Assembly: GCA_013265495.1 (NCBI GenBank)
Contig: MU058198.1
Coordinates: forward strand, 6,649,779 to 6,713,778
DNA length: 64,000 bases
Reading direction: 5' to 3'
DNA from: Vicugna vicugna
Lineage: Eukaryota
Shown here: positions 59,171 through 64,000 of the stretch, one piece after another
Layout: every line of letters begins with the position of its first letter
Numbering within the stretch: the stretch's first letter is position 1
The notes under the pieces: generated by a model
Databases searched by the model: none
The model's input: the letters and a program-made list of their open reading frames with translations, nothing else
Told to the model about the DNA's origin: nothing
Translations under genes and position numbers: made by a program

Positions 59171-62100
59171 TCAGTTCCCCGGGGGGTGGAAGGGGAGCTG
59201 CTGGGAGGGATGAGATTGAACTGGTTGGAGGGGAAAGAGAAGAGAGCAGGAGCATTAGAACCCAAGCAGCTGTCCCTTCATCCAATGCCGTCCAGTGTGG
59301 GGTGTGGGGGGAGTGTTGGTAGGAGCGGCCTCCTCAAGGTGTCTCATGGGGCTGTCAGAAGCACAGATCAATCGCCGTTTGCCAGTGAGCCAGAGCCCTT
59401 ACTCATGTGCCCAGCTCAGCCCCCCACACCCCAGCCTGGCCCTGTCTGCTGCGCTGACCTTACCTCAGCTAAGTCAGGAGACAGTCGGGGTCACTGAGAG
59501 CTGGGGAGGCAGTGGGGAGGGGGGCTGCTGGATCACAACTGAGCGAGGACGGAGGGAAGCAAAGGACAGAGCCAGGAGCAAGCCCCTGGCGGCGGCGACT
59601 GTGGCTTCTGCCCACCCTACATACTTCACAGACAGGTGCAGGTCGGCAGGCGCCCTGTGGGACAGCCCTGCCTCCAAGACCCCTCACTCCCCACCCAGAA
59701 CCCGTGCATCCTGCCCCACCTGCAGCCCATCAGCTCTTCCATGCCAAATTCCCCCGGCTAACGAGAACTCACGAATCCTGTCATCGGCTCCTCCTGGAAA
59801 TCCAGGCGCCTGGCCAGGCTGCTCACCTTGGGGGTGTCCGATGTAGGGGTAGGGTGAGGGTGTGGAAGCTGAGAGTGCAGGCACCCCACTCTGGGGCACT
59901 GCGCCTTGGGGGGGGCCCCCATGGCTCTGGGGTGGGTGCAGCAGCATCACCTGGGGCGGGTGGGGAGCCCCAGGGTGAGGGGGCGGGGCTGCTGTGATTC
60001 CAGTTTGGACATGGGCCTGCAGAGAACAAAAAGGAGCTGGGAGCACCACAGAAATTTGACACAGGATCTGAGGCTCCTAGTGTCAGGACCATGAAGTAAA
60101 AAGGTACACCAAGGATCTAGGGATGGGACCGTCCCCCGGCTCAGGTCCTCATGGCACAGCAGGGCTCTCACCTGGGTAACATGGGCCATGTTGGTGAAGC
60201 CGTGGGGCAGCTGCTGGTGGTGGATGGCGTACACAGCGGCTGGCTGGGGGAAGTTGCTCTGAGGGGACTGGGCAGAAGGTCCCGGCGGCAGAGAAGGCGG
60301 TGTGCCTGTCAGGGCCCCTGGGTGGTACAGATTCTGCTGTGGCTGTCCACTGCCCAGGTGTGGGGCCTGCCCCGCCTGGTGCTGTCAGGGGGAGGTGAAG
60401 GGTCAGTGCCACTCACTCCTCTGGTACCCAGGCTGACCACCTGCTGACCCAACCCCCCCGCCGCCGAGGAACGCCTCTCTCTTCCAGCCATCCATTCCTG
60501 CCCCACCCACTTGGATCCCCCACGGCAGGCACCTGGACAGGACTGGGGGCCGCATGCTGGGACTGCGGCTGGCTCCCAGTAGGCGTGGTGGCCGGCTGCG
60601 GCTGGTGGGCATGAAGCTGCGTGGCATGGTGTGGATAGGACTGGTGAACAGTGGCTACAGCAGGAAAGGGAGAGACAGTCAGTGCCGAGCACACCGGAAG
60701 GGGCTGAGGAGCACAGCCTGGAGGAAGGAGGGTCCAGAACCTACCATAAAGGGCTTGGGGGGTGGGCTGCTCTGCAGAAGGGTACTGAGGGGTAGAGGAT
60801 GACACGATGGCCTGGGGATGGCTCCCCGACGTCAGCATGCGTGGGTTGCTCTGAAGCATGGGGGCAAACACCGGCTGGAGGGGCAAGGAGAGAAGCGGTT
60901 GGCACGGCAGAGGGCTCAGTCGGGAGGCACATCCCTCTGCCTGAGAACCTGTGCTCAACACTACTCTGATCTCGTTAAACCACCTTGCCTCACATTCACA
61001 ATAACCCTACTAAGTGGATCCTGTTTCATCTACATTTTATAGGGGAAACACCTAAGGCTCAGGGGTCCACTGCCTTGCTACAGCTCCTACCAGATCCAAG
61101 ACTGAAGCTCAAGCCAGACACACCACCCAGAACTCTGCCTGCCTCTCACCAGCTCCTCTGAGTCTGGGAGGTGGAGAAAATGGGCTTTCTAGCAAGCGTC
61201 TATACCCCACATCCCTCCTGTGCCTCAGTCACCTGCGAGGGGTAGTGGGCCATGGGCTGCATCATGGTGGGCTGGCCTGGGAACTGTGGTGGGTTGTAGG
61301 GGATGTAGGAAGAATAGGGTGTGGCAGCCACCAGAGGTGGGCCGGCAGCGGCAGCGGCCTGCATCATTGGAGGGGCCGAGGCTGGCTGGTGTTGGTCCGA
61401 GCGCTGGGGGGGCAGGGAGCCTGGGGGTGGAGGAAAAATAGTGCAGAGCTCAAGCTCCACCTGCCAGGAGGCAATGGGCAGCCCCGTCGATGGCCCCTCC
61501 TGACCCTGCTCACCTTTTGCTCCCCGGTACTTGCCCTGCTGTCCAGGCACTGAGTTGGACACAGGATACGGATACATCTGAGGTGCCTAGGGACAAGAAC
61601 ACAGGTGAGGCTGAATGACTTGCTTAAAAATGCTCCGAACAGGCATGCTTTGGTCCCTCAAGCAGCCCAACCAAACCTCTTACCCTGGTCCACCCAGTCT
61701 CTTCCCTCACCTGAACAGCTGGTCCCATGTGGATCTGAGGTATGTAGGAAATATACTGGGGGCTATAGAGCCCACTCTGGCCTGCCGTCAGCACCGGGAT
61801 GGAGGGGGTTGAATGAGTCCGGGGCCCAGGAGAAGTTGGAGTACTGGTGGATTTATTCTGTAAGACACACAAGAGGACACATATAAAATACCTTAATGAC
61901 TTCTGTACCGCTCCCCAACCCCCACCCAATACCTATAACATCAACAGTATCCACGGAGTGCCCCGTGCCAAATGCGTCCTACACTTCATTTGGTTAAGCC
62001 TCACATCAAACCCTACGAGATTAGCTTTCTCAAATTACAGATGAGGAAACAAGCAGAGAGGTTAAGTGGCTTGTTCAAAATCACCAAGCTTGCAAGCAGA

Positions 62101-63698
62101 AGTCAAGTCAGTGGGCCCATATTCCTAACCACCAGACTCAGATGCCCCTGACTAAATGTGAAGTCCCAGGGAAAAATCCATGAATACTTGTCAGACACAT
62201 TACAATCTCTTGCCACCCAGCCCTGAGACCCCTCGGTTTCCCCAACTGCTTCAATCCCTACACGTTTCACAATGCCTCTTTTCGCTACCTGAGTCAGAAG
62301 CTTCCCCTCCCATGCCCTAATACCCTACTCCAAACTCTCCCTCATGGGAACCAAAGCCCACATTCTCCATCCCATCTCACCACAGACAGCAGAGGCTTAG
62401 TGGGATTGAACTCCTTAGCATTGGGATTCAATGTTGACTTCTTCACTTGTCTACGAGAGAAAAACAAAGTAAATCCTCATGGCTTCCCCTCACCACCCCT
62501 GGCACCCACCCAGTTCCCCACACCACTCACTCAGCAACAGGGCCCTCATCCTTGTCATCTCCCTTCATGAGGCTCACTGGGGGGCTGCCGGTTTGGCTTG
62601 GGCAAGGTGGAGGGGGCTGATCTGGCCCCTCAGTGCTTCCTGCTGCTGGCAGGGGTGGTTTGTCCTCCTTATCCGATACGGATTCTGTCTTGGAGGAAAC
62701 AGGGGACCCCATGGACTCTGAAGTCAAAAGACCATCAACTTCCTTCTCCTTCCCTTTGGCCTCCTCCTTTAGGATCCGGGGAGGAAAAGGATCCAGGCTG
62801 GTCTCAGGGGAGCTACTGGGCTGAAGCTGGAAGAAGAGAAACAAATACACAATGAATAGGATACTGTCCAGTCCAGACCCCAGGCTCTGCTTCCTTTCTT
62901 CAGTTTTGCTTGCTCTCATCTCTTGACGACACCCAGTGCCTATTCCATAAAACTCCCCCACCCCTCTTCAACTCCATCCTGCTAACATCCTAGCTCATTC
63001 CCACACTTTTCTCACCTTAAACTGGGCCCCAAACTTTCTCAGTTCTTCCAGTTGAAAGCGTTTCTGTTCGTTCTGAAGGCCAGGGACTATGAGAAACAGC
63101 AAACAAACAAACAAACAAACAAAAAAAAAAGGAGAAAACACACATTTCTTTTCTTGAACGTGGCTACACAATGCTAGCATCCCAAAAGACAAAGAAACCA
63201 AAGAAAAAAGGAGCTCTTCAGAATCCTAAGTTAGGATCAAAGACACATACTGTCTGATTCTGAATTCCAACAATTTTCCTAACTGAAATGATCTCCCAAT
63301 CCAAGGGGCAATAGACTCTGGAATAAAAAAAAAAAAAACCCTACCTTTCCCAGCTATCCGGGACAGCTCCTGGGACTCCAGAGTTCTCCCAGGTTCCTTG
63401 GCTGGAAGTTCTTTTACTGAGCAAGAAAAGAGAAGTGCCTGAAGGACCTTCTGTCCAGAAGCAACTTCACACTGTCCACAGCCCTCAACCACATGGCTCT
63501 TACCATCCGTGGGGGCCAGTGAGATCTTTGGAGAAGCTGGGGAAATGGAGCCTACTCCAGGATCCACAACTGCTGATGTCACAGGGATGGAAGCTGAAGA
63601 GGTTGGTACTGCTGAGCCGATGGGAGGCTCTGGACAGGAAGCTGAGATTGGGGCAGGGGCAGCTGACTTGGGAGAGCGTGGGGGGTACATCCGGCCCA
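59171..63698 (-). CDS. ATXN2L: Ataxin-2-like protein, 3' half (5' exons lie outside the window); multiple alternative C-termini
   Basis: Exons 63504-63698, 63345-63416, 63016-63086, 62531-62826, 62381-62450 (PAM2 motif STLNPNAKEFNP), 61711-61857, 61514-61586, 61233-61420, 60745-60874, 60533-60654, 60172-60381, 59827-60016, 59171-59220 (VQSHPSQQLPFHPPGN*). The unspliced form ends ..ARVLGGE* at 59684. Confidence 0.96.
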
Positions 63699-64000
63699 CT
63701 GGAAGAAATGGGAGAACTGTGTGATGGTCACTGCTGGTCACTGAGCAATGGATACCGGGGACTCACTAGAAACACCAAGAAAAGTTTATCCACAAGGTCA
63801 CAAACACAACCAGACAGCAAGAAAGGTTGAGTGTTGGCAGAACTTTCTGTATCTCAGAAGAAATTAGAAGTTTTCTATGATTTCTCCTGCCTTAAAATGT
63901 TGGCAACTAACTTAAACAAAAAACAACTGCCAACCAGAAAACCCACGGACTGCCATGTTGGAAATTCTGCATGAGGGAAACTCAAAAAATTCTTTCCTAG

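Overview
This is mammalian genomic DNA, most likely from a camelid (inferred from tRNA-Ala-derived Vic-1-type SINEs). It is syntenic with the human distal 16p11.2 block. Left to right it holds: a decayed class I (gamma-like/ERV1) provirus on the minus strand (5' LTR about 3984-4532, tRNA-Ile-like PBS, broken gag-pro-pol running off the left edge); RABEP2 (+, 13 coding exons, 564 aa); ATP2A1/SERCA1 (-, 23 exons, SERCA1a 993 aa and SERCA1b 1000 aa); SH2B1 (-, alpha/beta/gamma/delta C-termini all reconstructable); TUFM (+, 10 exons, 452 aa); and the 3' half of ATXN2L (-). Old L2/MIR/hAT/MaLR repeats are interspersed, and there is one 130-N gap. Exon boundaries were read by hand from GT/AG sites and frame continuity. 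Repeat family names and cross-species comparisons come from memory and need a database check. There is no prokaryote-type system or CRISPR array. The most interesting signals are: (1) an apparent splice-controlled uORF versus N-terminal-extension switch in the SH2B1 5' leader, with a stop/start AUGA overlap; (2) the ERV inserted upstream of RABEP2 and pointing toward the expected CD19 locus; (3) back-to-back poly(A) signals of RABEP2 and ATP2A1; (4) the triple-frame last exon of SH2B1; (5) a mirtron-like TUFM intron; and (6) inverted SINEs inside one ATP2A1 intron.
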